Positions 13,068 to 42,010 of a stretch of 64,000 nt of DNA are shown here, in pieces; within the stretch, counting starts at the first letter, position 1, and each line of letters begins with the position of its first letter. Position numbers and translations under genes: made by a program. The notes under the pieces are model-generated. The model was not told where the DNA came from. It ran no database searches and was given only the letters and a program-made list of their open reading frames with translations. Source of the DNA: Acanthaster planci (lineage: Eukaryota); the NCBI RefSeq assembly GCF_001949145.1, contig NW_019091355.1, positions 3,392,646 to 3,456,645 of the forward strand. Reading direction: 5' to 3'.

Positions 13068-14183
13068 ATGGCGTGTTTCGCTAATTCGACTCTCCCAGAC
13101 GACAATTCTTCAAACTGGAATGACAGCATCTGCGTGACAAACCTGTCCGAGACGCTCGCGTCTTCTGACAGGAGTTTCGGTCGTCTGAGGTTGATCAACT
13201 TGACCTTCCAGGTGCTTGGTATCCTCGGGAACATAGGCTTCCTCGCCGTTGTTCATTGTCACAAGCCCTTGCGCAACTCTACCAACGTGTACCTTGCAAA
13301 CTTGGCTGTTTCCGACATCTTAGTTCTAGTTTTTGGCATTATTGCAACAACCCTCAACAACATGTCTAATTACCGGCCGAGTGATTGGATCGCCTGCTCT
13401 TATCATCTGGCAGCAACCGTCCCGTATTACTCGAGCATGTATCTGGTGTCGCTGGTGGCGTGGGACCAGTACCTTGCGGTATGCCGACCGTTCAAGCACC
13501 GAATTGCATCCAGCCATTCGCGGAACACGAAGCTGGTTGTTGCTGCGTGGACAGTCAGCATCATGTACACTCTTCTGGCAAACATGGAGGGGATCGTGTC
13601 GGACAACGGATGCCGTATACTCCAACCACCGATGAAGCAAGTCCACTCTGCGATCAGCGTCGTTACGAGTGGTTCAAACCACGACCAGTCCCTACTTGCG
13701 CAGCATCTGGACCTGGCCAAACCCATCCCCTTCGTCGCAACTCTCCTCTTCAACGTAGTGGCGTACGTACGCATCATCCGATCCATTCGAAGATGTCTCC
13801 TTCGTCGCGCCAAGTCCAGTCGGCAGCAGGGTCCCCGATGGCTGGAGAACCTCCGGAAGTGGCGGATTCAGATCACAAGGATGCTAGTTATCAATACGGT
13901 CCTGTTCTTCGGCTGCAACCTAATGAGGATGGTGCTGTTGGTGGCTTCGTACATACAAAAAGCCCTCGGCTCTGAAAGGCTCCTTATTGAGGACGAAACG
14001 TTGTCAATTTACTCTTTCCTGTTGCTGCTCTTCAGATCAAGCATCAACCCCTTGATGTACGGCCTCACCAATGCCACGTACAGGCAGGGATTCCGCACTG
14101 TCCTCCTGGCTTGTTGCTGCCGGCATCACCGGAAGCGAGCCGAAAAACCAGCAGTTTTCCATCTAAAACAAGACAACATCTGA
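13068..14183 (+). CDS. Class A (rhodopsin-like) GPCR, 371 aa, intronless CDS, orphan peptide-receptor-like
   Basis: ATG at 13068 in aaaATGG context. The N-terminus has N-glycosylation sequons (NST, NSS, NDS, NLS). There are seven hydrophobic segments, with GN in TM1, NLAVSD in TM2, DQY at the DRY position, a TM4 Trp, SSINPLMY (NPxxY), helix 8 YRQGF and a CCC palmitoylation cluster. Confidence 0.93.
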   Translation: MACFANSTLPDDNSSNWNDSICVTNLSETLASSDRSFGRLRLINLTFQVLGILGNIGFLAVVHCHKPLRNSTNVYLANLAVSDILVLVFGIIATTLNNMSNYRPSDWIACSYHLAATVPYYSSMYLVSLVAWDQYLAVCRPFKHRIASSHSRNTKLVVAAWTVSIMYTLLANMEGIVSDNGCRILQPPMKQVHSAISVVTSGSNHDQSLLAQHLDLAKPIPFVATLLFNVVAYVRIIRSIRRCLLRRAKSSRQQGPRWLENLRKWRIQITRMLVINTVLFFGCNLMRMVLLVASYIQKALGSERLLIEDETLSIYSFLLLLFRSSINPLMYGLTNATYRQGFRTVLLACCCRHHRKRAEKPAVFHLKQDNI

Positions 14184-14440
14184 TGTAGACAATTCTGGTG
14201 ACTACGGTAACGTTATCACTGGCATTTTGCAGTGATACCCTTCAAAGGCGGTACGCACAGCTATTGCACGGAACCAATGCTCCGCGACAGCAACTCCGTA
14301 CAAAACAACAACACCATTCTTACCGCCATTCAAGGGAGCCATCAGGAGTGCCCAGTGAAATGGCATTGGATTCGTCTATTAACGGCAACGGTGCTACCTT
14401 TCGTTTCCACAGATATTATTGCACTTACTGATGTGCAGTT

Positions 14441-14495
14441 GGTATGGTATGGTATGGTATGGTATGGTATGGTATGGTATGGTATGGCATTGTAT
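14441..14495 (+). repeat. (GGTAT)n pentanucleotide microsatellite
   Basis: Nine perfect GGTAT units at 14441-14485 plus two degenerate units. Confidence 0.95.
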
Positions 14496-15027
14496 GGTTT
14501 CCTTTCACATTACATCACAAAATTAACAAGAATGTGTATGAAAGATAGAAGAAATGTAGGCCTACAGGGGATATAGGTATTAAGCTTGCCTAATACCTAA
14601 AACCGGGGAGTTAGCGTGTACATTACGCTAGTCTGAATTATATCAAGTAAACTAAGCTAAGTTTAAATTGAACAGAAATTGGGAATAAGCGTTCATGTTT
14701 GTATAAATGTACATAATATCCAAGAATTATAAGGAAGGAAATAAACTACAAAAACTTCAGAAAGTAATAAGGAATGGAACAAATAGAGATCATGGAATTA
14801 TAAGTGATAAAAAATATTTAACAATCTGTGAAATGACATGAAATCGGGTATGTAATGAGATTACAAGTATAATTTGTCTACAGTATGTACACGTTATGGT
14901 GTAATTTTGGACGTTTCCCTGATGTAAAGAGCATTGGTTTGAGATGGTTGCACAGTATAAAAGTGGTATGGTAATCAGTCATGTACATGCGTATCAGGCA
15001 CTAGAACAAGTCATTTGAGAATAAACC

Positions 15028-15168
15028 ATGCAGCGCGTTGGCCAATCACCATGCGCGAAATCTGTCGACCCTTTCCAAACGCGTATTCGGTCGACAGATT
15101 TCCCGCACTGTGATTGGCCAACGCGTTGCAAACTCTTGGAGGCGCACTCTTGTGAATCGCCCGTATTA
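15028..15168. mobile_element. Palindromic MITE family A, partial copy
   Basis: Hairpin gcgttggccaatcac..gaaatctgtcgacc / ggtcgacagatttc..gtgattggccaacgc, with terminus gaatcgcccgtat-TA. Related copies lie at 23031-23139 and 29141-29316. Confidence 0.75.
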
Positions 15169-15760
15169 CGCACGCGCTTCATTTGGGCCTGCACCGTTGG
15201 AATATCGAACTGGCTCATTAAAACGGTCGCAGGTTCATCTGCATGTTGTTTCTCGACTAGCGAAACCGAGGTGCAGATCTGCAGATTGCGACGTGGCGCA
15301 AATAAAAAAAAAACAGGAAAGCTGATAAAGCAAAAGTTTGACACTGGTGTCTGGACGGTAAAAATGAGTTAAACTGGAAAAATTCTAACCAATGAGTGTT
15401 TTGCAACTCGCAAATAAGACCCTACTTCCCGCCTGCGTTTCCTCCAGGCTAGAAATACCAGTTTTGATAATACTTGAAAAGTTCGGTGATTTGTTGATTT
15501 CCACATGTGAGTGAAATTTTGCACGAACTTGAAGCGAACGTAGTTTTGCCCTCAAAGGAGTCGTCAGTGAATCTGATCGTGCCCTACTACAAACTCCATG
15601 CCTTTTTGCGGAGAACAGCGGGTACTTATGGACGTCATCAAGGTGTACCCTGGAGACAGGGGGAGAGCACGCCGGACAAAAACTGACCTCTGGTAATATT
15701 ACCCGGAATCGGCCGATGGCTTGCTCCAATTTGCACGTGATTAGTTTACAGCTAGATTTA

Positions 15761-16000
15761 GGCCCTTTTCCAATATCGACTTGGATACCATCTCAGGCTT
15801 CGTTCCCAAAACCAATCCCCGATTGCGGGCCTGAAGCGTATAAATTAAATTTGATTACTGTAATTTCTGGCTCTCTTGCATCTTATTTAATGTTTCGTGA
15901 CACTATGAAACTAATTACTGCACTTACAGCTTCAACGTCAGCTAGTTAAAAAACAATTGAAGCCAGAGACGGAGCCGAAGTTGAGTATTAGAAAACGGCC
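15761..16000. mobile_element. PIF/Harbinger-type MITE family B
   Basis: TIRs GGCCCTTTTCCAATA / TATTAGAAAACGGCC with a 3-bp TTA duplication on both sides. A homologous inverted copy lies at 42874-43099. Confidence 0.7.
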
Positions 16001-16123
16001 TTAGGCTGCATCCAAAACTGTTGTCTTGGGCTAGGTCTTCCCCCTGAACTGGAAATACGCCGAGACGCCTACATAATAGATCTAGCCGTAGCCCTATAGA
16101 ATCCCATTTCACACTGGACCTAA

Positions 16124-16277
16124 AGGCACCTTTCCAAGCGTTGCGTATCATACGCCAAAATCGCTCCCGGGGCGATTTTGAGGGCCGAACGGAACGCACA
16201 CGTGTGTTTATGTTGATGGGGTTAATTTTGGGTCCATGAGAGTGAAACGCATGAATGCATTCGTGTACGTAAGCACC
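16124..16277 (+). mobile_element. Harbinger-type MITE family C, truncated copy
   Basis: Starts TAA-aggcacctttcc and aligns by eye to 44937-45135 (shared aaaatcgctcccggggcgattttg, agtgaaacgc, gtgtacg). Confidence 0.6.
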
Positions 16278-18234
16278 AAAAAATAAATAAAAAATAAATT
16301 TAAAAAAAGTACGGAACTTTTCCAAAGCAAGTTGACTTGCAGATGCTTGATGAGGTTCATGTTGTTTGACCACGGCAGAACAGAATGATTCTTCCTATTT
16401 CCTTCATTTCGATGTTAACCCAGTCCCGTTGCAATATGCCACTCCGTTTTTTAGCTTACACGTCGACGTCAAGATGTGCATGTATTGACTCTTAAATAAT
16501 GTTAGCATAGGTTAATAACGACTGTTTGTGTATGGTAAACTCAACCGTTGTCAATTGACGATAACTGGCTTAGCTGATTTGCTTACAGCCTTCCTAGTCA
16601 ACTAAATGGGAATTTCGACAGCGGGGGGGGGGTTCGATTGTCAATCACACGGTTCGTTCCGTAAAGTTTTGAATCTCAGTCTGAGAAATTTCACCAAATG
16701 AACACCATGTACATCAGGCAAGTAAAAAAATAAGCAGAAGACCCAGGTTGGAAATCAGTGCTGGATTCTGGTCCTTTGCCGCGACCGAGCTAAATTTTGT
16801 GCTCTTCACTTTTGGTGTAGGCTCGCGCTATCCATTAAACATATACAGTATATGTAACACGTATTACAACCTCTTCCCGAGAGTCACCAGGCGGCGCTAT
16901 TTCCGTCCGATTTTGCGCTGGTTTTCTACAGGCGTGCATTTCGTGCAGTGCTACCACCGGATAAGCAGCTATGGCACAAGAGTGCCCAAGTCACCGGCTT
17001 TTAGCGCCTTTCACGAATGCGCTGAGTGAATGGACTGAAGTCGGGGGCAACTGTACAGTGTACTGAATATCCTAAAATGGCCGCGCGATCACTTTAATTT
17101 ACGCCAAGGTAGGTAGTTACTGCTGAGCTGCAATGCCAGAGGTCAGCGAGTGCAACCCGAGAGGTTTTTCCCACCGTTGCAGAGGGCGCCCTCAATCACC
17201 GTTTTTGAAAGGAAACGCCGCGTCATCACCAAGAGCAAAAACCTTTCATAAAGTACTTGCATATTTTTAGGATTCCAGTTGTGACCAAATCCAGTCCCTG
17301 TTCTAATTTTAGTGTGGGACGAGTGTGACCGGCCGAAATAAAGAAGCGAGCAAGGACACTCCCCGATTTGGACAGGATATACACGTATATTTATTCACGT
17401 GACCTCGATGTCCAATCATTTCACAAATGTATTTATATAATACGTGCACACGCCTATTTTGTGCATTTAATTTATTTGTACATAAAATTAACCTCAAATC
17501 TTGTAATTTCAATACATTTTTTGGACAAATGGGATCTGTAATCCGTACAAGAATGTGGATCAACGGGAATGACCTCACAGTGGTCATTTTTATTTTAAAT
17601 ATGGTTTGTGTTGTGTAAAACATTTAAAGTGCATGCACTTCGCAAATGACTGAAAAAAGGATGCACCGACAGTGTGGAGAATGAAAAAATTACAAATTCT
17701 GTTGTTCTATAAGTAAACATTTCCAATTTTCCATTCATTTTTGGGGTGCAAACTCAATAAAATGTTGGAACTTTAAAGACTGACCATTAACAACGTAACT
17801 ACGGTTATGAACATCCTCGACTTTGGAATACAGCAGGGTTGTCATTGATCTCGTGTGTCTGTATTTACATCCGCCCATTTAGGGGCTGCTTATTCTCTGC
17901 TTGTTGGAATATAATATTCCCAAAGACAATACACCTAGGGACATCTGTCTGTGGAAAATGAGATGTTTCCGACAAACACCCGTCGACTACAATTTTGAAA
18001 AAGACGTGAAATTTAACAAAGAAAGGGCGATAATTATATCGACCCCCAAAATGTTAAGATGTAGGAACTCAGCAACCTCCATAACTTAATGCATAACCAA
18101 TGTTAAGGTCCGACCAGCATCTATCCACACAACCCCCCACAAAATCTGCCTTTCTTTTATGCTCCAAAAAAACCCACCAAACTACAATTTGTACAATTGT
18201 TCACCGAAGTTTAAAAAGATGAACCTGTTAAATG

Positions 18235-22176
<3,942 letters not shown>

Positions 22177-22363
22177 GTTGAAAAATTTGGTACTTTCGAA
22201 CAAACAAGAACACTGAAACGACTGAGACCTCACAGCCAAAATGTGACCTTTCTGTAAAACAAATCGGATATTTAGAAAAAAACTTTGATGCGACAGAGAT
22301 GAGGAAGAGAAGGTACGACGTAGGTCCTCTCCGATGGCTGGCCACAATGACGACTGAGCAATT

Positions 22364-22417
22364 GCGCGAAATTTTTCGCGCGAGGAAATGTCAAACCGCG
22401 GGAAGAAAGCTGATTGG
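22364..22417. promoter_or_regulatory. PCNA promoter: inverted pair of E2F sites plus CCAAT box
   Basis: GCGCGAAA (22364-22371) and TTTCGCGC (22374-22381) are perfect E2F consensus on both strands. A GCGGGAAG lies near 22398 and GATTGG (CCAAT on minus) at 22412-22417, about 190-240 bp upstream of the PCNA ATG in CpG-rich DNA. E2F control of PCNA promoters is well established. Confidence 0.7.
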
Positions 22418-23030
22418 TCAGTGCTCGCGGGGTATCGTATTAGACTTGCAAATAAGTAGGCATGTCGTAACCCGCTTTCGATCCCTGGCCGACAAAGTGC
22501 CAAGCATTTAGTCAGCAACGTGGCAGGACCTTACATGTCCCGACTCTGAGAGAAAGGTTCGCGACCACCACTGTCTTTGTGTGTTGCGGTGGTTACGGTG
22601 ATGGGAGAGGGAGGGACGTTTGTTGGGGAAGCAGGGGGGGGGGCTGTTCGACCACAATTCAGTCCATTCATCATCGGCGGCGGAACGATATTCGAAAGGG
22701 GTGGGGGGAGAGGGGCAGTTGCAAGCCCATCAGGCATCGGTCATCATTAGCTAGCTCGATGCATTGATGAACCCCACCCAATAATAGGACCTGCAAAAAG
22801 TGGGGGCCGGGAGAGGAAGCAGGCCTTCCCCAGTCGAGCCGCCCCCCCCCGATTGCGCCGCCAGTGCATGCGGTTTTTTTTTTCACTGCAAGTTTAAGGA
22901 GGTAGGGTAGATGTTCCTTTGATAAAGACTCTACATGTATTTTCATTTCCCATCTAATATGTCTACAATCATTTTAAGCCACCGACTCTGCCTGAGGATC
23001 CTGCAAAATGGGACGAGTTTTGTCGTCATA

Positions 23031-23139
23031 ATACCGGCGATTCACAATAGTGCACCTCAAAGAGTTTGAAACGCGTTGACCAATCAGAAGGCGCGAAATC
23101 TGTCGAACCTCTCCAACGCTCATCGGGTCGACAGATTTC
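23031..23139. mobile_element. Palindromic MITE family A, half copy in the PCNA-PIWIL2 intergenic region
   Basis: TA-ataccggcgattcacaatagtgcacctcaaagagtttg...gcgcgaaatctgtcga...tcgacagatttc matches the left arm of 29141-29316. Confidence 0.7.
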
Positions 23140-25053
23140 AATTGAGTTGAGTGTGCAGTGCGAAAAACAAATCGTTTGTTGAAAGGGAAAGAGAAAATGT
23201 AGCATCTGATTTTGCCCTCCCACCTGATCGTTCGAACCATGGAGCTATAAAGCTCTATGTTCGAACATGCTCCTCTCCCACGATCCCGGCCCCCTCCCCC
23301 CTCTGAGAATCGGCGATGTTCTCCGAGAATACACGGCACACATTCAGAGCGCTTAACTTCGCTGGTGACCAAATATGCTATCATCCTTTGGCCAGCGTTT
23401 GATGCTGGTGGTTAGTGGTACCAGTTCATTACGATTGCACGCCACACACTATCCCGTACCGTTTACATCATATTCAACGCGCACGCAATCGAGAGCAACT
23501 TGGTTTGTAATAAATTGTATTCTTAATTTCTTTCGGATACGTAAGATTCATATTCCTTTAGAATCTCGCCATGGTAACGATTTGTTCTGATAGTCAGTTC
23601 AGACTGTAAAGTTTCACTGGACGCGTGTTATTTGCCTCTACAAAATTACTCTACCAACTCACCGTGTAGCAGTGACTTGGTGACTGTTTCACCGTGTAGG
23701 CTAGGTTGTTTGTATACTACGTACTAGTTGTAGTAAAGTTGTACTAGCTCAGCTGGCTGCAGGCCCTAACGTTTAATTACGTCTTTCTGAGATCATGAGA
23801 TAGGCCTACACACTAGACTACAATGCTGGACAAAATTGTTGGGACAGTTGGGCAATAGCCATTCGCTCTCCAGCCCTTCCCCGCGGCCCCGGAGGGAGGC
23901 TCATAATATTTTTGAACTATTTTTTTCTGTTTTCAGTTTTAGAAGCGATTTGGGAGAGGATGTCATAAGAAACATTTTGATCAGACTCTGGAAAGCAAAG
24001 AAAAAGTGATTTGAAGCGGCTATTTTTTGAGATATTTTTGGTACGTGTGTAATCGAATGCAGAGCCAACTGTGATTATTTTGTTCACAAAAATGAGTGTG
24101 GATTTTGATTGAAAAGCTTAAAATTCACATTTTCATAAAATGTTTGTTTTTATTTGTGCCTTCATTGAATTAAATGCTGGCTTCTCTTAAAATTTCAAAA
24201 ATTTTGAAATAGGAAATTAAATTGAGGAGCTACAGCCTACTCAACAAGCTGGTGGACTGTTGAGAGCAAACTGATGTACAGTAATTTGGGATTTTTTGGG
24301 GGGGAAGTATTTTTAGTCGGCAGTCGGCAGTATCTATTTAGTGGTTGATAGGAAAAATTCTCGTAGAATTGGTGCAAGATGATTTATGAGCCCCTAATGA
24401 TATATTTTCATCTAGGCCGAGGCCTATTATTATGATGCGTGTATGTCACAGTTTCCCATAGTCTCAAGGCAAAGAGTTTCGAAATAATTGCAGAATACCT
24501 ACCCGCACAAAAACACAGCCCTAAAATCACTGTCGAAGAGTTTGGATTGAGTTTGATGAATCAAATGATGATTTTCAATGAATGATAAACTATAAGTCTA
24601 TCTTGACTCCTGGGTTGGTGGCTGTGCGGATACGATGTCAGAATTGAAGCGCCTTCTTGTGATCCTCTTAACACAATGTGAACTGCATGCCCGACCTTTG
24701 AGCTCGTAGCCAGCTACGAGTTGGAACGGCTGAGTGGCGGGGTATGCTGCAATTGTGCTGGAGTTTCAAAGACCTTGATAAAATGCATGTGTACAAGTAC
24801 TTATAGGGAGTGTAATGTTAATTTCTCAAGTATGAAAATATTTCATCAATCAATATTTATTGATAGATTTTTTGTCTTTGGTTTCAGGAAATTAATTTTT
24901 TTTTTATTTAGTGCACTTAGTGAAAACCGACTAATTGTCAGATTTTTTGTGATTTGTTTTGTTTCAGGAAGTGAATTTGTGGCCTTTCTGTGGAAGTCAC
25001 ATTGGCACTGGTGACGCAGAGTCTGGACCTTGTCCTAAGACAAGGCCTTGAAG

Positions 25054-37701
<12,648 letters not shown>

Positions 37702-38138
37702 AAAGAAGAAGCGCTTCCCTGGAAGAGGTCACGTGTCACAGGTATTAACTGAAACTTCAGCGTGTCGTTGGCCTGCAACACAAGCCCTGTGCTTCCAGTT
37801 TGCGTTATTGGCATCATCCCAGAGAGTGTCGGTCTCTTACATCCCCACCGTTGTCAAGGTAGCTGCAAGATGTGTTGATATTTGTTGTAATATATTTTTT
37901 ATGTATTTTAAACGCTGTTGTGCCTTTTTTTTAAACTCAGGGAAACCGACCCCTTTTTCAAAGTTTTGTCTGGTTTTATCTTGTTTGAAATGGAGTTGCA
38001 AGTCGGCTCAAGACGAGTAAATGAGCCTTTGATTTTTCTTCCAGAAACAGTTTTGGCTGTATGTAGAGTGATTCAAGATCCATGTTTTGAACCAAGATAA
38101 GTTCCATACTGACACAATTTATTCACTAAGATCGGAAG

Positions 38139-38144
38139 AATAAA
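38139..38144 (+). terminator. Candidate proximal PIWIL2 polyadenylation signal
   Basis: First AATAAA I saw after the stop codon, about 440 nt downstream, in U-rich sequence. Distal ATTAAA sites near 40800 and 41002 are alternatives. Confidence 0.4.
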
Positions 38145-40224
38145 TTTGGCAGTACGAAACCATGAAAAATATTAAAGTTGTGGGACGTGTTCGTAAACAC
38201 TGACATATTTGGCCAATGCTGATCCTATTGATTTTTTTTCATGTGTTGTCGCTTGACAGGCAACCTAGGAAATGTTTGAAGTCTGCAGCGGCACGTGTAT
38301 TATTGAATATGCAGCTTTCTATGAGCAATTTCATGGGTGCCTGAACGCTGACAGACTTTTCTGCGCATATCTGTGTAAATTGAATGCTGACTGTCAAAAA
38401 TCACATGACTGAAAATCCTGTGTAAAACCTTCCTTGTGTTGAACAGGTGTACAATCCAAAGAGGAGATATGCTGCATATTATTAAGTTATTAATTTTAAT
38501 TTACAAGGTTTCTTGCCGTCATGAAAAAGATGACTATTTCAAACTCATAAATTTTAGCCAATTTGAGCCCGCAGTAACTCCAAGAAGGCATCTGCCAATT
38601 CACCAAAATCCCAGATATCTGAAAGAATTCCTGGGGGAGGATCTTTGGAGACATTGACAAATGCGTGATTTCTACGGAGGCCCCCGGGTTCTGGAAAACA
38701 TCATGGTGCTATAGATTATCGTTTACTTTTGATTGAGGCGCACAGAAGCCCATGAGCACGTCCACAGTTCTAGATATCGGGAGAGCATTATCCCAAGCAG
38801 AAGTTGGGAACAGTGTTCAGTTTTTTATTACCAATTTTCTCTCTTTATTCCTTTGTCTTTGATGTTTTCTTTTTTTTTATCGTAGATTTTATAGTAGGCA
38901 AAAGTCTGCCAGGTTTTTTTTTTTAATTTATATTGTGGAAGTTCATGTTTTTTTATTATTGTCTGAAAACTAAATTAAACTCGGACAAGTTTGTGTTGGC
39001 AGACATTTATTGAGGCAGAATTTCACAGCCATACAAAACCAGCCGGGTTTTTTCTTTTTTAATGGCAGAAAGCTTACCGGGACTTCCTTTTACAACTCTT
39101 GCTTGTGCTCTCCATTGTCACTCAAACGGCCTAACCTTGCGTGAATTGATCCCCATAAAATGAGTCCAAAGACTTCTTTTGGTCTCCAGGCAGTTTCCAT
39201 TGGAAAGAGTATCATAGTGAGCCCTTTGTTTCAAGGTAGCACTCGGTTTGGCATCCTGGGGTCCCTGTTGATTTCTACTGCACAAGACCGTGACTCAGAC
39301 GTGGCTCTGGCAACTTGTGACCCGTTTTGTCAGGTTGGGTCATATTTTGTGGCCCGTGAGACAGCGCATGCAATGGGTGCTTGCTAATGGGTGACTTCAG
39401 GCCTAGAAAGCTCTGTGGTTGTCCAGTTTCTTCAGCTAGAACTCGTGCTGTACTCGGTCGATTCTACAGGGTGACTTAAAAATCCCCCCCGCTGGTCTAG
39501 CTGCACTTTAAAAACGGGAGTGTAAATCTGTCGTAGTTTGAAAATGTAGTCAGGCAAACATGGTTTTTATATCTTGTTACTTGTTATTATCAGATTTGGA
39601 CAGAAGAACTATGTAGGAAAAAAGCCCTGTGAGAAAGTCTGCCACAAAATATCCTATAGTCATTAACCCTCCTATGCTGAAGTCACTCTTTGGGTCACTT
39701 GGTAAACACCTCAAAGAAGCACAGCTGTGTTTGTGCACTGCACCAACATGCAAGAGAGTGACCTTGGGCACTTGTGCATATTTGTGCTGTAAAACCAAAG
39801 GAGGGTTAAGGAAGGCAAGAAATTGCATTAACGTGGATGTTGCATGCCTCCTTTAGAAATGTAGGGATGGATTTATGTACTTTTTCCTTTGTTTCTGCTC
39901 TTTTATTCATTTTTGTCCCTCTCTTTTAGCTCGGATCTGGTCGGGTTTCCAATCCGTTTCGGTTTTATGTGTGTACGAAATGTCCTTGTGGAAGAGAGAA
40001 GATTACTCGAAATCTTTGTTAACTATTCAAACAAGCATTCCTTGTAAATAGGGTTTTTGTATCTATTACATGGTAGCTATCAACCACTGCCCTTCCCCCT
40101 TGCCAAAGGAGAGGACTTCAATTTTTATTCCTCGTTGAGGGAATATGTATGTGCTATGCCGGTCTGTAAAGTTTAAGACTGGATCAGCTGATAAATAATT
40201 CTGAGCCAAAAGCGAGGGACATTA

Positions 40225-40273
40225 TCAGCACCCATTCTCCTGAATCGGTCAGCGCCCATTCTCCTGAATCGGT
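40225..40273 (+). repeat. 24-bp tandem duplication
   Basis: tcagcacccattctcctgaatcgg followed by tcagcgcccattctcctgaatcgg. Confidence 0.8.
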
Positions 40274-42010
40274 CTAACGGCTGACCACACATTGAATTCC
40301 TGTTCATAAATACCTTTTGAGTCACGTTGTCAAAACAAGCTTTGACAAATTACAAATTTCCAAAGATTTTGTTAATTTTTTTTTTTACAACACTCCTCTA
40401 GCCATTGTTTTGGTACTTTCCTGTTGTGAGTTGTCGTAAGCAATCTCCTTATATGGAGATGGGCACGTGTGTGGTGTGTACTGCGTGAGGTGGTGCACAG
40501 TCAGCCAATGCTTGAATTGTTTAAGACCAGCTACGTTGTAACTCTCGACCAACAGGAATAGCTAAACTGTCCTAGGTATTTATGAATGTCTATGAACAGC
40601 TGTTATCTTGTAAGACTGTTGTGTGCAAATAGGCTGACGCTTAATGCTCAGCGGGAAAAAACTTTTCCGAGATAGACTTTTGAAATTTTGAGGATGTAAA
40701 TCCCATTTTGTAAACCCACTTTCTAAACCTTTTTGCAACACCAGCATTTGAAACCAAGAAGTGTCGATTGTCGTTTAGTTATTTGTGAAAATTTTTGTTA
40801 TTAAAAAGACAACCTTAATTTGGATAACATGGCTCTCTGACCATTACATCTCTGGGCGGGGGAAGGAGGCAGGATTCATCTCTTAAGCTGGAGTTATTGT
40901 ACCATCCAGACGGTCCAGAAATTACTGTTTTTTAATAAGTATTCACCACATTACTTCTTTTTTTTTCTTAGTGTTTGTATTCACTTTTTGCGCTTTGTAT
41001 AATTAAAAGAATTTCAAAACGATCATCTCAAAGGCTGAAGTGCATATTTCTTCACTATTTCCTTCCAGGATTATTTTTGTCCGAAATGGAAAATTTGAGT
41101 ACATGCATTGGACAAGTCAAGTACAAGTAACAACTCTAAAGAGATATTTCTTACTGTAACTTTATCATGTATATTCCTCGTCCCACCATGAAGTGATCTT
41201 TGCTACAAAGGCCAATTTCAATGTCCGGTCCGCTTCTAGACCTCTGCGGTTCCAAAACCAGTGGGAAATGAGACACCACTGCCCTCTGCAGGAGATCGTG
41301 GGAAGGCTTGATTTGACCCGTGCCAATGATATACACAGCTGGATTGTGCTTTCCTCACGCACCGGCTTAAACTGGTTCACTTGTGCCCTCCTTTCCCCCC
41401 ACCGTTTCATAAATTTGTCTCGCTAAGGTTTATCGCTCAGCAGGCAAGAGACCAACAATTGCATGAGAAGGCAAGAGAAAGAGACAGAGATGTCTTTGTA
41501 TTAGATTTCATTTAATTTGTTTTTCTGTTCAGAATAGTTCAAAAATGAGTATATATCACTTTCTAGTTTCAATACATAACATGGCATTTAAAAATGTTGA
41601 ACTGTTAAGATTTATTGGGAGATTGCTCCTGGAAGCAGGTTTCTTTCCCAATTCTGCTGAGCTCAGAGATTTCCTAAGCATAAAAAATATTTGCTTAGCA
41701 GATATGGACTACCAGCTAAAAACTTCTTGTGCTGCCAACTGATTCTGACTGGTTCCATGCTGTTTTTTGCCTCGCAGAAACGGGTCACCAGCCAAAAATT
41801 CCCTGTGACGTACATTGCTTCTTACTGGTTCCCTGCTAAGATTTGCTTAGCATATATTTGCTCAAACATTTGAACAAAAGGTGTTCTCAAAGTCAAACTG
41901 ACCATTCTACATTTTACAATGCTTTTCTTTTGCTAATTATAATACAAAAGAAGTTACATAATTTCAAAAATTGATTCTGAAAAACCGGGGGATTGGGATT
42001 TGGGTTGTAA

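Noticed and set aside
13326..13975. Overlapping alternative-frame and antisense ORFs in the GPCR (similar ones occur over PIWIL2 exons)
   Set aside because: They are shadows of GC-rich coding sequence with no recognisable domains.
22672..22866. hAT-like MITE (CATCGGCGGCGGAA / TTGCGCCGCCAGTG)
   Set aside because: The TIRs are imperfect and there is no 8-bp TSD, so I could not support it as a feature.
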